Below, one piece after another: positions 1-10,237 of a DNA stretch of 64,000 nucleotides (position 1 is its first letter; each line of letters begins with the position of its first letter). The notes below the pieces were generated by a model. It was given only the letters and a program-made list of their open reading frames with translations, had not been told where the DNA came from and did not search any database. The position numbers and the translations under genes are program-made. The DNA is from Candidatus Spongiisociaceae bacterium. GTDB lineage: Bacteria > Actinomycetota > Acidimicrobiia > Spongiisociales > Spongiisociaceae. The stretch is taken from positions 3,456,001-3,520,000 of the forward strand of contig CBDCOH010000002.1 in NCBI GenBank assembly GCA_965219685.1, read 5' to 3'.

Positions 1-417
1 GCCGGAAATCACAGGCACCTCTTCGTAGACGGTGAACTCCACCCCTCCGACCAGTTCCGCCAGCAGGTTGTAAAGGACCGAGGCGAGGGTGAGCCCGGCA
101 GTGGCGCTCATCATCCAAGTGCCTGCCAGCAGGACGATGCCCCGCAGGTATTCGCCGCCCGTCTTGAAGAGCGACTCGTCCGGTTCGATGAGAGCCACCC
201 GCTGCGCCGCCGAATCGAAGGCGCTGGTAAAGCCCAAGCGGCTTATCACCGCCCAACCGATCACCGACAGCAGCACCAAGGCCAGGGCGGCCAGCCCCGT
301 CAGCACCGCCGACACCTTCAGAACGGTCCAGGGGTCGAACTTGCGCACGATCCGGCGGACCCGCCGCCTCGTGGTCGCCGGCCCGGGTGCGGCAGCGGCG
401 GCTCCGTCGCCGATCAT
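1..417 (-). CDS. DUF3566-family membrane protein (runs off window edge)
   Basis: Manual translation from ATG 417: MIGDG...RRIVRKFDPWTVLKVS...LYNLLAELVGGVEFT; this is the usual gene downstream of gyrA in Actinobacteria. Confidence 0.8.
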   Translation of the reverse strand, partial: MIGDGAAAAAPGPATTRRRVRRIVRKFDPWTVLKVSAVLTGLAALALVLLSVIGWAVISRLGFTSAFDSAAQRVALIEPDESLFKTGGEYLRGIVLLAGTWMMSATAGLTLASVLYNLLAELVGGVEFTVYEEVPVISG

Positions 418-454
418 GCGAGCCGCGCCCCTGTGATGCCGCCTTGCCGGTGGC

Positions 455-2896
455 TCAATCCCTGTCCTTAGGCACAGGAGCGAACGAACTGACCCGGGCG
501 CCCTCCGGCAGATCCATTACCTTCACCCCGCTCGCGTAGCGTCCCTGGCGGCTTATATCGTCCGTCCTCATCCTGATCGCGACCCCCTCCGATGAGACCA
601 CGAACGCTTCGCTCCCTTCCGTCACCGCCTGTGCCCCGACCAACTCCCCCGGGACCCGGGTCAGATGGATAGCCTTCAGACCCCGGCCGCCTCTCTTCTG
701 GGGTCTGAACAAGGCGACCCTCACCCGCTTGCCGAGGCCACTCGACGTCAGCAGCAGGACCTCGTCGCCATCCAGCGTCACCGTACCGCCGACGACCTCG
801 TCCTCCTCGCCGAGCCTGATGCCCTTGACACCGCGCGTGGCTCGACCCGTCGGGCGGATGTCGTCCTCGGCGAAGCGGATTCCGAAGCCTTGGCGCGTGA
901 AGAGCAGGATGTCGCTCTTCCCATCAGTCGACCGGACCGCGACCACTTCGTCGTCACCCACCAGGCTGATGGCCACGAGCCTCGAAACCCGGCTGTCGTA
1001 CTCCCGGAAGGCGGTCCGCTTGACCTGACCCTTCCTGGTGATCATGACCATGTACTTGAAGGACTCGTAGTCACGCGTGTCCACCAGCGCCTCTATCCGC
1101 TCGTCCGGCTCCAGGGGAAGCACCGCCTGTGCGAGTACCCCCTTGGCGGTCCGGGCCTTGCGTGGGATCTCGTGCGCCCGGATACGGTAGACCCGGCCCC
1201 GGTTGGTGAAGAAGAGCAGGTATGCCAGCGCCGTCGTGTGGATCACGTGGGTGAGGTAGTCGCCGCCGCGGAGAGCCGCCGCCTTGACTCCTCTCCCCCC
1301 GCGACCCTGCGACCGGTAGCTGCCGGCCTTGACAGACTTGACATAGCCCTTCTCGGACACGGTAACGATCAACTCGTCGTCGGCTATCAGATCCTCCAGC
1401 GAGAGTTCGGCCTCCGCCGGGAGGATGCGTGTGCGGCGGACATCCCCGTGCGCGTCCCGCACCGCCACGAGCTCATCGGCGATTATCTCCCGGCGCCGGG
1501 CCGGGTCGGCCAGGATCGCCCCCAACTCGCCGATCAGGGTCTGCAGGGCGGCGTGCTCGTCCCGGAGCTTGGTGGTCTCGAGCGAGGTGAGGCGCCGGAG
1601 GGGCATGTCCAGGATGGCCCGGGCCTGTATCTCGGACAGGGAGAACCGCTCCACCAGCGCCGATCTCGCCGCGCCGACATCCGGGCTCCTACGGATGATC
1701 ATGATCACCTCGTCGATGTTGTCGACCGCGGTGATCAGGCCCTCGAGGATGTGGGCCCGGGCCAGCGCTCGGTCGAGGCGGAAGCGGGTGCGTCTTTCGA
1801 TCACTTCCATCTGGTGGTCGAGGAAGTACTGGACCATCTCGGCCACGTTCAGGGTGCGCGGTACGCCGTCCACCAGGGCCACTGCGTTGACACCGAAGCT
1901 CTCCTGCAGCTTCGTGTGCTTGAACAGCTGGTTCAGTACCACGCGCGGGTAGGCGTCCTTCTTCAACTCGATCACCAGGCGGACGCCGACCCGGGAGGAC
2001 GACTCGTTACGGAGGTCCGCGATGCCGGTCACCGTCTTGCGCTGCACGAGCAGGGCGATCCGCTCCATCACCCGATCCTGGCTCACCTGGTAGGGCAGTT
2101 CCGTCACGACGATCGCCGTGCGCCGCTTGCGTGTCTGCTCTATGTCGGTGACCGCACGCATCTTGATGGAGCCGCGGCCGGAGACGAGAGCCTGCTTGAT
2201 CTCCTTGGTTCCGATCACGTAACCACCCGTGGGGAAATCGGGGCCCTTGACGATGGAGAGGTAGTCCTCGGCGCCGGCGTCGGGATGTTCGAGCCCGAAC
2301 AGGCAGGCCTCCACGATCTCGTCCAGGTTGTGGGGAGGGATGTTGGTCGCCATACCCACCGCGATCCCCTGGCACCCATTGACGAGAAGGTTCGGGAACC
2401 GGGCAGGAAGCACGACCGGCTCCGACTCCGATCCGTCGAAGTTGTCCGCGAAGTCGACGGTGTCCTCGTCGATCCCGTCGAGCAATACGGACGCCAACTC
2501 CGCCAGCCGGCACTCCGTGTACCGCATCGCCGCGGCCGGATCGTCGGTCGTACCGAAGTTGCCCTGCGGGTGGACGAGTGGGTACCGCAGTGAGAAGGGT
2601 TGGCCCATCCGCACCAGCGCGTCGTATATCGAGTCGTTGGAGTGCGGGTGGTACTTGCCGATCACTTCCCCGACCACCGTGGCCGACTTGCGGTGGGCGG
2701 ATCTAGGACCGACCCCCATGTCGTCCATTGCGTAGATGATCCTGCGCTGCACCGGTTTCAGCCCGTCCCGCACATCCGGTAGCGCTCGCGAGACGATCAC
2801 CGACATGGCGTACTCGACGAAGGACTTGGCCATCTCGTCGTTTATGTCGACCGCTCTCGGCATCTCGGACCTGCTGTCGGTGGTCCGGTCGGTCAC
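455..2896 (-). CDS. gyrA: DNA gyrase subunit A
   Basis: RALPDVRDGLKPVQRR, AAAMRYTE catalytic Tyr, GyrA-box QGRGGRG, C-terminal pinwheel repeats. Confidence 0.98.
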   Translation of the reverse strand: MTDRTTDSRSEMPRAVDINDEMAKSFVEYAMSVIVSRALPDVRDGLKPVQRRIIYAMDDMGVGPRSAHRKSATVVGEVIGKYHPHSNDSIYDALVRMGQPFSLRYPLVHPQGNFGTTDDPAAAMRYTECRLAELASVLLDGIDEDTVDFADNFDGSESEPVVLPARFPNLLVNGCQGIAVGMATNIPPHNLDEIVEACLFGLEHPDAGAEDYLSIVKGPDFPTGGYVIGTKEIKQALVSGRGSIKMRAVTDIEQTRKRRTAIVVTELPYQVSQDRVMERIALLVQRKTVTGIADLRNESSSRVGVRLVIELKKDAYPRVVLNQLFKHTKLQESFGVNAVALVDGVPRTLNVAEMVQYFLDHQMEVIERRTRFRLDRALARAHILEGLITAVDNIDEVIMIIRRSPDVGAARSALVERFSLSEIQARAILDMPLRRLTSLETTKLRDEHAALQTLIGELGAILADPARRREIIADELVAVRDAHGDVRRTRILPAEAELSLEDLIADDELIVTVSEKGYVKSVKAGSYRSQGRGGRGVKAAALRGGDYLTHVIHTTALAYLLFFTNRGRVYRIRAHEIPRKARTAKGVLAQAVLPLEPDERIEALVDTRDYESFKYMVMITRKGQVKRTAFREYDSRVSRLVAISLVGDDEVVAVRSTDGKSDILLFTRQGFGIRFAEDDIRPTGRATRGVKGIRLGEEDEVVGGTVTLDGDEVLLLTSSGLGKRVRVALFRPQKRGGRGLKAIHLTRVPGELVGAQAVTEGSEAFVVSSEGVAIRMRTDDISRQGRYASGVKVMDLPEGARVSSFAPVPKDRD

Positions 2897-2914
2897 GGGC
2901 TGTCTCCTTCCCGC

Positions 2915-4822
2915 TCAGATGTCCAGGAACCGGACGTCTCCGGCGTTCTGCTGGATGAAGCTCTTGCGGGCGGCCACGTCTCCGCCCATGAGCGTCGAGA
3001 AGATCTGGTCGGCTTCGGCCGCGTCGACCATATCCACCTGCACGAGGGTACGGGTATCCGGATCAAGCGCGGTCTCGCCCAACTCGCCGTCGTTCATCTC
3101 ACCCAGACCCTTGAAACGGGTGGGCCGGGCCTTTCGGTGGCGTGTCTTGAAGGCCTCGAGGGCTGCATCGTCAGCCAGGTAGTGGACCTTCCTCCCGATC
3201 TTCACCCTGTACAGGGGCGGTACGGATATGTACACGAAGCCCGCCTCTATCAACGGACGCATGTGCCGGAAGAAGAAGGTGAGCAACAGCGTCCGGATGT
3301 GGGCCCCGTCCACATCGGCGTCCGTGAGCAGGATCACCTTGTGGTAGCGGGCCTTGCCTATCTCGAACTCCTCGCCGATCCCGGTACCGATCGCCGTTAT
3401 CAGCGCCTGGATCTCGTTGTTCTGGAGAGCCCGTGCAAGGCGTGCCTTCTCGACGTTCAGGATCTTCCCCCGGATCGGCAACACCGCCTGGAAACTCGAG
3501 TCCCGCCCGTTCTTCGCCGGACCCGCGGCCGAGTCACCCTCGACGATGAACAGTTCAGCGCGCTCGGGATCCCGCGACGAGCAGTCCACCAGCTTGCCCG
3601 GAAGCCGGGAGGAGTCGAGCAGCGACTTGCGGCGGATCACGTCCCGCACCTTGCGGGCGGCCTCCCTCGCGTGCTGCGCCTGGCGGGCCTTCTCCACGAC
3701 CCGGCGGGAGTCCTTCGAATGCCTCTCCAGCCACTCGGGGAGCATCCGGTTGAGGGTCTTCTGGACGTAACTCCTTATCTCGGTATTCCCCAACTTGGTC
3801 TTGGTCTGACCCTCGAACTGCGGGTTCCGCACCTTGATCGAGATCACCGCGGTCAGGCCCTCGCGCACGTCCTCCCCGCTCAGGTTGGCGTCCTTCTCCT
3901 TCAGCAGGTTCTTGGATCGCGCGAACTCGTTGATCGCCTTGGTCACCGCGGTCCGGAAGCCTTCCTCGTGGGTGCCGCCTTCGTGGGTATTGATGTTGTT
4001 GGCGAAGCTCAACACGTTCTCGCTGAACGAAGCCGTCCATTGCATTGCCACTTCCAACTCGGCCTCGGCGCTCTCGTTGTGCAGATACATCACGCGGCCG
4101 TGGAGAGGCTCCCTGGGGGCGTTGAGATGCAGGATGAAGTCCCGTATCCCACCCTTGTAACGGAACACGTCCGACTTTCCGCCATCGCGGTGGTCGGTCA
4201 GCCTTACCTCAAGGCCACGGTTGAGGAAGGCGAGCTCGCGCAGGCGTTGGGAGATAGTGTTGTAGCTGAAGGCGACGGTATCGGTGAATATCTCGGGGTC
4301 GGGCCAGAATGTGATGGTCGTCCTGGTGCGCCGGGCGGCGGGTCCCTTCTTCACCCGGGTCTCCGGCTTGCCCCGCTCGAAGGCCTGGGACCATCTGAAG
4401 CCATCCCGTACCACCTCAGCCTCGAGGCGTTGGGACAGCGCGTTGACGACCGACACCCCCACGCCGTGGAGCCCTCCGGAGACGGTGTAGGCACCTTCCT
4501 CGAACTTTCCCCCCGCGTGGAGGGTGGTGAGAACGGTGGTAAGGGCGGACCTGCGGGTTCGAGCATGCCTGGCCACCGGGATGCCACGCCCGTTGTCGGT
4601 GACCCGGCATCCCCCGTCGGCCTGCAGTTCCACATCGATGTGGCTGGCAAAGCCGGCCATCGCCTCGTCCACGGAGTTGTCCACCACCTCCCAGACGAGA
4701 TGGTGCAGGCCGCGCGGGCCTGTGGTGCCTATGTACATGCCCGGACGGCGCCGGACGGCCTCCAGACCTGGGAGGACCTTTATGTCCTTGGCGCCATAGC
4801 TCGACGCTTGCTTCGAAGTCAC
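2915..4822 (-). CDS. gyrB: DNA gyrase subunit B
   Basis: EVVDNSVDE, GLHGVGVSVVNALS, EGDSA, TDADVDG, RFKGLGEM. Confidence 0.98.
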   Translation of the reverse strand: MTSKQASSYGAKDIKVLPGLEAVRRRPGMYIGTTGPRGLHHLVWEVVDNSVDEAMAGFASHIDVELQADGGCRVTDNGRGIPVARHARTRRSALTTVLTTLHAGGKFEEGAYTVSGGLHGVGVSVVNALSQRLEAEVVRDGFRWSQAFERGKPETRVKKGPAARRTRTTITFWPDPEIFTDTVAFSYNTISQRLRELAFLNRGLEVRLTDHRDGGKSDVFRYKGGIRDFILHLNAPREPLHGRVMYLHNESAEAELEVAMQWTASFSENVLSFANNINTHEGGTHEEGFRTAVTKAINEFARSKNLLKEKDANLSGEDVREGLTAVISIKVRNPQFEGQTKTKLGNTEIRSYVQKTLNRMLPEWLERHSKDSRRVVEKARQAQHAREAARKVRDVIRRKSLLDSSRLPGKLVDCSSRDPERAELFIVEGDSAAGPAKNGRDSSFQAVLPIRGKILNVEKARLARALQNNEIQALITAIGTGIGEEFEIGKARYHKVILLTDADVDGAHIRTLLLTFFFRHMRPLIEAGFVYISVPPLYRVKIGRKVHYLADDAALEAFKTRHRKARPTRFKGLGEMNDGELGETALDPDTRTLVQVDMVDAAEADQIFSTLMGGDVAARKSFIQQNAGDVRFLDI

Positions 4823-4928
4823 GTCTCCCCTCGGTGATCCGCTCCGGCGGCCGGACTCTCCGCTGTTCCGACCGGGCCGGTAGCGCCGCCGCGCGGTGTT
4901 GTCCAGCCCGGAACGGCGGGTCGCTCCA

Positions 4929-4957
4929 ATTGTACTTCAAGGCCGTGACTTATCCAA
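4929..4957 (-). promoter_or_regulatory. Sigma70-type promoter upstream of gyrB
   Basis: Minus strand TTGGAT-17 nt-TACAAT. Confidence 0.6.
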
Positions 4958-5025
4958 GGTTCTCCGTCAGGAGAGCCCCCCGGAAAAGCCCGTTGACCTG
5001 GCCTTTTACTCACGTTGTAAGGTTG

Positions 5026-5454
5026 CTACCAACCTTTTCTCCCCGTGGGGCCGACGACCCGTACCCTCGTCACGAACCCGTGACCGAAGTATCCGGCGAG
5101 GCGCTCCACGAGTTGGTCCGTGTCGTGCTGCAACCACCGGACGATTCGCCGATCGGCAGCCTCGACGAGCAACTCACCATGTCTTACCACGATCGGGGAC
5201 GCCCTGGAACCCCATCGGGCTCCGGCGAGTTCGGGCCAACGCTCGTTCAATTCCTCCAGCAAGGCGATCGGGGGCAGGCCGAGGCTGGAGGCAACTCGCT
5301 GGACGCCCTCGGCGACCGGAAACAATCCATCCTCCTCGTCCTCGGTCTCCTGGCCTTCTTCCCATATGAGCCGGACCACGCGTGCGGACAGGTCGTCCAA
5401 TCCCGCCAGCATCGCCTCCAGCTGCTCCGGCGACACCTGGCGGGTCACCGCCAC
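5026..5454 (-). CDS. DciA/DUF721 family protein
   Basis: Lies between recF and gyrB; W.EL.G...P..VR.GELLV pattern. Confidence 0.7.
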   Translation of the reverse strand: MAVTRQVSPEQLEAMLAGLDDLSARVVRLIWEEGQETEDEEDGLFPVAEGVQRVASSLGLPPIALLEELNERWPELAGARWGSRASPIVVRHGELLVEAADRRIVRWLQHDTDQLVERLAGYFGHGFVTRVRVVGPTGRKGW

Positions 5455-6536
5455 ACTCCCCCGGTCAGCCGCCAGTTCCGTCCTTCGACCGGCACGTCCT
5501 CCTCGCGCGCGGTCGTGATGAACGTCTGGGTGGCCGGCAGGAACCTCGCCAGTGCCCTCGCCCGGTGGCGGTCGAGCTCGGAGAAGACATCATCGAGTAA
5601 CAGGAGGGGCTCCTCTGAGGTTGCATCCCGCACCGCCCTGTGGGCCGCCAACCGCAGCGCGAGAGTCAGGGTCCGCTGCTCTCCCTGGCTCGCCCTCAGC
5701 CGGGCGTCCCGCTCATCCAGCATCAGGACCACATCATCCCGGTGCGGTCCCACCGTCGACACCCGTCGTTCCAGATCCTTAGGTCGCGCTGCTTGCAGGG
5801 CCCCCCTGAGGGCACTTTCCCAGCCGGGCACGTCCCCCTCCAGTTCGGCGCCCCAACCGGAGCGGTACGCGACCGTCACCCGCGTCGCCTCCCCGGCCAG
5901 GTCCTGGTAGAACGCGCCCGCCCGCGGCTCGGTGGCGGCGACGGCCGCTTGGCGCCGCGCCATCATCCGCGCCCCGGCCGCCGCCACTCGCTCGTCCCAG
6001 ACATCCAAGGAGACCGGATCCGCCCGCCGGCCCATCTGCTTCAACAGGACGTTGCGCTGCCTGAGGGCCCGTTCGTATTCCTTCTGATCCCCGTACGCGC
6101 CCGGCCACAGTTGCACCGCGATCGCGTCCAGGAGATCCCGCCGGTGTGCCGGCCCCCGCTTCACCAGATCCAGGTCGTCGGGCAGGAACACGACGCTTCG
6201 CACCTTGCCCAGAAGGTCGGCCAGCCGAGTGAGGCGGGCACGATTCACCTGAGCCCGCCGCCTCCGTCCCGAAGGCAACTCGACCTCTATCAGCGTGGAC
6301 GTGTTCGCCGAGGCAACCTCCCCCCGTACCACCGCACGTTCCGCTCCCATCCTGATCAGGACCGCGTCCGGGACCTTCCGGAAGGAGCGGAGCGACGACA
6401 GGTACCCGATCGCCTCGAGCAGGTTGGTCTTGCCCGCCGCGTTCCTGGCGACCAGCACGTTGGTTCCGGGCGACGGCTCCCAGTGCAGCCGGCTGTAGCT
6501 ACGGAAGTCCGCCAGTTCTATCCACTTCAACTTCAT
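5445..6536 (-). CDS. recF: DNA replication/repair protein RecF
   Basis: FRSY, NAAGKTNLLEAI, GPHRDD, SQGEQR, LLLDDVFSELD. Confidence 0.97.
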   Translation of the reverse strand: MKLKWIELADFRSYSRLHWEPSPGTNVLVARNAAGKTNLLEAIGYLSSLRSFRKVPDAVLIRMGAERAVVRGEVASANTSTLIEVELPSGRRRRAQVNRARLTRLADLLGKVRSVVFLPDDLDLVKRGPAHRRDLLDAIAVQLWPGAYGDQKEYERALRQRNVLLKQMGRRADPVSLDVWDERVAAAGARMMARRQAAVAATEPRAGAFYQDLAGEATRVTVAYRSGWGAELEGDVPGWESALRGALQAARPKDLERRVSTVGPHRDDVVLMLDERDARLRASQGEQRTLTLALRLAAHRAVRDATSEEPLLLLDDVFSELDRHRARALARFLPATQTFITTAREEDVPVEGRNWRLTGGVWR

Positions 6537-6696
6537 CGGGTCGTCGTCCCGAAAGGAGATCCCCGCATCCCGCCCACCAGGCCACCCGATCCCCCGGGTG
6601 CTCCCGTTGAGTTGGACATACGCCTCGTGGCCGGCAGGGGGTGGCTCCGCCTACCCCGTCGTCGAACCGACCGGCACCAGGGGTGAGCGCGCCTGG

Positions 6697-7782
6697 TCAA
6701 ACACGTACCGGCATCAACAGGTAGAGGAAGTCCTCATGTCCCTCCGACCTGATGATGCTCGGCTTGAAGCTGTCCACCACCTCGACCTTCACCTCGTCCC
6801 CCTCCAAGGCCGAGACCCCGTCGCTCAGATAACGGGAGTTGAACGCGATGTCGACCTCGGCCGCCTCTCCGCGGTACTCCCCCGGGATTAGTTCGCTCTC
6901 CCCACCCACATCTCGCCGGCTGACCGCTATTTGGACCCCACCCTCGGTGAGCTTCAAGCGGATCGGTATGTGATCCTCCGCGACGAGGGAGGCTCTACCG
7001 ACGGCCTCCAGCAACCGGTCCCTCCGGAGGACGACCTCATTCGGGTAACTCTGTGGGAGGAGTTGGCGGTAGTTCGGAAAACTGCCTTCGATCAGCCGGA
7101 TGCTCAACGAGCCCCGCTCGGAGACAAAGACGACCTCGCGTTCGTGGATGGCCACGCTGATGACATCGGCGGCGACTGTACGGCCCAACTCTCGCAGGCC
7201 GCGCGCAGGCACCAGGCCGGACCCGCCCACCTCCGTATCGGCCAGGTCGCGCACGGCCAACCGGTAGCTGTCGGTCGCCACCAGCCGCAGACCACGGTCC
7301 CCGTCCTCTATCAGCACTCCCGTCAGGATTGGCCGGGCCGAGTCGTTGGAGGCAGCCACGGTCACCTGGCCAACGGCCGCCACCAGTGACTTCCCATCCA
7401 CCTCGACGGCCCCACCGAGATCCGGCTCCGCCAGATCCGGGTAGTCCTCCAAGGCCAGTTGCCGGATCGTGAATCGCGGACCGTTCCCGGATAGTTCGAC
7501 CTCACCGTCGTCCGAGCGGATGGTGATCGCACCCTCCGGCATCCGCCGGATCGCATCCGTCATCAGCCGACCCGGCACCACGAAGCTGCCCTCCTCCACC
7601 ACCTCGACTTCAACCGACGTCCTCACGGTGATCTCGGTGTCGCTTCCTGTCACTCGAAGCTTGCTACCGCCCGCCTGGCAGAGAACACCCCGTAGGATCG
7701 GCAGAGCCGTTTTGACGCCCACCGCTCGGTTGGCGCGACCGAAGGCCTCGGCCAGGTCATCACGATCAGCTCGGATATGCAC
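6697..7782 (-). CDS. dnaN: DNA polymerase III beta clamp
   Basis: LVATDSYRLA, GSFPNYRQL, IAFNSRYL, YLLMPVR. Start moved to GTG 7782 (AAAGGA upstream); the longer ORF runs through oriC. Confidence 0.95.
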   Translation of the reverse strand: MHIRADRDDLAEAFGRANRAVGVKTALPILRGVLCQAGGSKLRVTGSDTEITVRTSVEVEVVEEGSFVVPGRLMTDAIRRMPEGAITIRSDDGEVELSGNGPRFTIRQLALEDYPDLAEPDLGGAVEVDGKSLVAAVGQVTVAASNDSARPILTGVLIEDGDRGLRLVATDSYRLAVRDLADTEVGGSGLVPARGLRELGRTVAADVISVAIHEREVVFVSERGSLSIRLIEGSFPNYRQLLPQSYPNEVVLRRDRLLEAVGRASLVAEDHIPIRLKLTEGGVQIAVSRRDVGGESELIPGEYRGEAAEVDIAFNSRYLSDGVSALEGDEVKVEVVDSFKPSIIRSEGHEDFLYLLMPVRV

Positions 7783-7804
7783 GGCTTGTCCGGTTCCTTT
7801 CTCG

Positions 7805-7975
7805 ACATTGGTTTCTTGTTTTAAATCTAGTTGTAGTGGTAGGGGCTGTGGATTGGGGATAGAGAGGGTGTTCTCCCTGGTCGACGGTGGTTCTGGTTTC
7901 ACCGGTCGGTGTGGAGAAGAACGGGTGCCCTGCGGATGGCGTGACGCGGGGCTGGGGGCGGCTGGGGAAAAGACC
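7805..7975. other. oriC unwinding region (DnaA boxes, DnaA-trios, AT-rich segment)
   Basis: dnaA-dnaN intergenic region. DnaA-box-like TGTGGATTG 7847-7855, TGTGGAGAA 7910-7918, TGGGGAAAA 7963-7971; TAG TTG TAG TGG TAG trios 7828-7842; AT-rich 7812-7826. Confidence 0.85.
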
Positions 7976-7977
7976 CG

Positions 7978-9336
7978 TCATGGTGCCCAGAGTTTTTCCG
8001 ACAGCCGGGCGATAGCCCCGGCCGTTTCCGGCTCGGACGTGATCAGTTTTCCGATCTTGTCGATAGCGTGGCTCACGGTTGAATGGTCTCGGCCGCCGAA
8101 GAGCTTGCCGATCTTGGGTAGTGACAGGTCCGTGAGGCTGCGGCAAAGGTACATGGCGGAGTGACGGGCCAGTACTACCGGCCCGCGCCGGCTGGGACCT
8201 TGCAGATCCGCAACCGAGAATCCGTGTGTGGCCGCGGTCATGGCGAGGATCTCGGGGCCGGTCGGTGGCCGGCCGGGATTAGCGGGGATGAGATCGCGGA
8301 GTTGATCCTTCGCCAGGTCCAGTGTTATCCGCTGGTCGGTGAGTGCTGCGTAAGCGGTTACGCGCGTGAGCGCTCCTTCGAGTTCGCGAATGTTGTCCGT
8401 GACGTGCTGTGCAATGAACTCGAGCACCATCGCGGGAACCGGAGTGGGGGCGTAGTCGGCGTTTCGCTGCAGGATCGCGAGCCGGGTCTCGACATCCGGC
8501 GGCCCGATGTCGGCGAGCAGTCCCCATTGGAAACGCGACCGGAGGCGATCCTCGATGCCCAGATCCTTGGGTGGCCTGTCGCAGGAGAGGACGATCTGGC
8601 GGTCCAGATCGTAGAGGGTGTTGAAGGTATGGAAGACCTCCTCGAGTACCTGCTCCTTGCCCTGGAAGAACTGGACGTCGTCCAGCAACAGCAGATCGAT
8701 GGAACGGTAGCGTTGCTTGAACGCATCCATACGTTTACGACGGATCCCGTCGACGAATTCGTTGAAGAAGTTCTCCGAGTTTATGTAGCGCACGGAGGCT
8801 GACGGTCGGTGGGTTCGAGCATGGTGCCCTATGGCATGGAGCAGGTGTGTCTTGCCGAGGCCGGCGCCTCCGTAGATGAACAGCGGGTTGTAGTGCTGTC
8901 CGGGCTTGTCCGCGACCGCCTTGGCGGCCGCCCGGGCGAGGCGGTTCGACTGGCCTACCACGTAGGTGTCGAAGACGTATTTTCTCTCGAACCGGGAAGT
9001 GGAGGTCGGTCCGGCCTCGGTCCGGTCCGTCAAGTCTGTCTGGACGGCCGGTACAGGCTCGCCGCGGGGTGACTCGGTCGGCGCCGGTTCGTCGACGGCG
9101 TAATGGACGACCACCTCAGGTCCGAGGTGGTCGGCAGCCAGGGACTCGATCACATCCCGGTAGTGGTCCTGAAGCCAGTGCAGATGGAAGTCCGAGGGAG
9201 CGACCACCTGAAGGGTCTGATCGGTGAACTCTATCCGGACGGCCGAGAACCAGGTTGTCCACTTGCTGGGAGCGACGATGGATCTCAGATTGGCTACGAA
9301 TCGAGCATTGCCGGTGACGCTATGTGCTTCTGTCAC
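7978..9336 (-). CDS. dnaA: Chromosomal replication initiator DnaA
   Basis: YNPLFIYGGAGLGKTHLL, LLLDDVQF, NIRELEGAL, GGRDHSTV. Confidence 0.98.
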   Translation of the reverse strand: MTEAHSVTGNARFVANLRSIVAPSKWTTWFSAVRIEFTDQTLQVVAPSDFHLHWLQDHYRDVIESLAADHLGPEVVVHYAVDEPAPTESPRGEPVPAVQTDLTDRTEAGPTSTSRFERKYVFDTYVVGQSNRLARAAAKAVADKPGQHYNPLFIYGGAGLGKTHLLHAIGHHARTHRPSASVRYINSENFFNEFVDGIRRKRMDAFKQRYRSIDLLLLDDVQFFQGKEQVLEEVFHTFNTLYDLDRQIVLSCDRPPKDLGIEDRLRSRFQWGLLADIGPPDVETRLAILQRNADYAPTPVPAMVLEFIAQHVTDNIRELEGALTRVTAYAALTDQRITLDLAKDQLRDLIPANPGRPPTGPEILAMTAATHGFSVADLQGPSRRGPVVLARHSAMYLCRSLTDLSLPKIGKLFGGRDHSTVSHAIDKIGKLITSEPETAGAIARLSEKLWAP

Positions 9337-9372
9337 GTCTCGCGGCCCCTCCTGCAGCCTAAGGGTAAGGTG

Positions 9373-9404
9373 TTATCCACGTAGATATCCACGGTTGTGG
9401 ATAA
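9373..9404. promoter_or_regulatory. DnaA-box cluster upstream of dnaA
   Basis: TTATCCACG 9373-9381, ATATCCACG 9385-9393, perfect TGTGGATAA 9396-9404. Confidence 0.85.
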
Positions 9405-9939
9405 AGCCCTCACCTGACTATCTACTCCGCCCCGCCGACCCTGCTCTCACTCCGTGACTTGCCTCAGTGCCGGGTGCTCCCTCACCCGCGCCCCTGGGAA
9501 ATTATCGGGTGCCGACTGGGTACGTTTCCAATCATACGCGGTCGGACAGGGCTGCCCGGGACACGCGGAGTTGCCATGCTGAACTTCGAGTCCTTGTCTA
9601 CCCGGAGGTAAACCCCCAGGTAAACAGCCCTTTCATGAGTGCCGCCGGCCATGGCTCCGAATGTGGTGGTGATCGCTGGGTCAAGGATTTTCTTCGCGTT
9701 CCGGGTAGTCGGGACCGTCTCCCGACGAGTCACGCAACGGTGAGGGCGGGCCACCGGTTGCGGCGACGCACGGCCATGGGAGGGTGGCGGAGAGTGGCAC
9801 CCTTGCAAATCGTCGGCCAGAGCCGTATTGTGGATTGCTGCCGCGCGACCCTTGAGGGTGTCCCGCAATCGAACCGGTCGTAACCGGCGCTCGCGGGGGT
9901 CGCCCCAACCTCTGGGTTCCCCGAGTAGAAGAATTCCCC

Positions 9940-10074
9940 ATGAAGCGTACTTACCAACCCAACAACCGCCGCAGGAAGCGCAAGCACGGGTTCCGCCGCC
10001 GGGCGAGTACCCGTCAGGGACGAGCCATTCTGAAGCGACGCCGCAGGAAAGGACGTCGTCGGCTGGCCGCGTGA
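9940..10074 (+). CDS. rpmH: 50S ribosomal protein L34
   Basis: Manual translation [44 protein letters not shown] (44 aa, below the ORF-track cutoff). Confidence 0.97.
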   Translation: MKRTYQPNNRRRKRKHGFRRRASTRQGRAILKRRRRKGRRRLAA

Positions 10075-10237
10075 CCCGGCCTGTCCGCTCGGCCCGCTAA
10101 ACGATGACGACGAGGTGCCATGCGGCGCTGCGCCGGCTCCTTCCCGCTCGTGCGGGGTGGCCCAAATCGCCGGCCGGGCTTCCGACGTGGACGGCGTCGG
10201 AAGCGGAAGAACGCTTCCCGAGGGCCGGAGGTGGCTC

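Noticed and set aside
665-4837. Long plus-strand ORFs opposite gyrA/gyrB, and similar ORFs elsewhere
   Set aside because: Typical antisense shadows in high-GC DNA, with no recognisable motifs.
7783-7902. 40-aa N-terminal extension of DnaN
   Set aside because: It overlaps the oriC elements, and a GTG with an RBS at 7782 gives a normal-length clamp.
9430-9900. ORFs and an AGGTAAAC direct repeat between dnaA and rpmH
   Set aside because: No protein motifs; two short repeats are not enough to call a site, and this is probably divergent promoter DNA.
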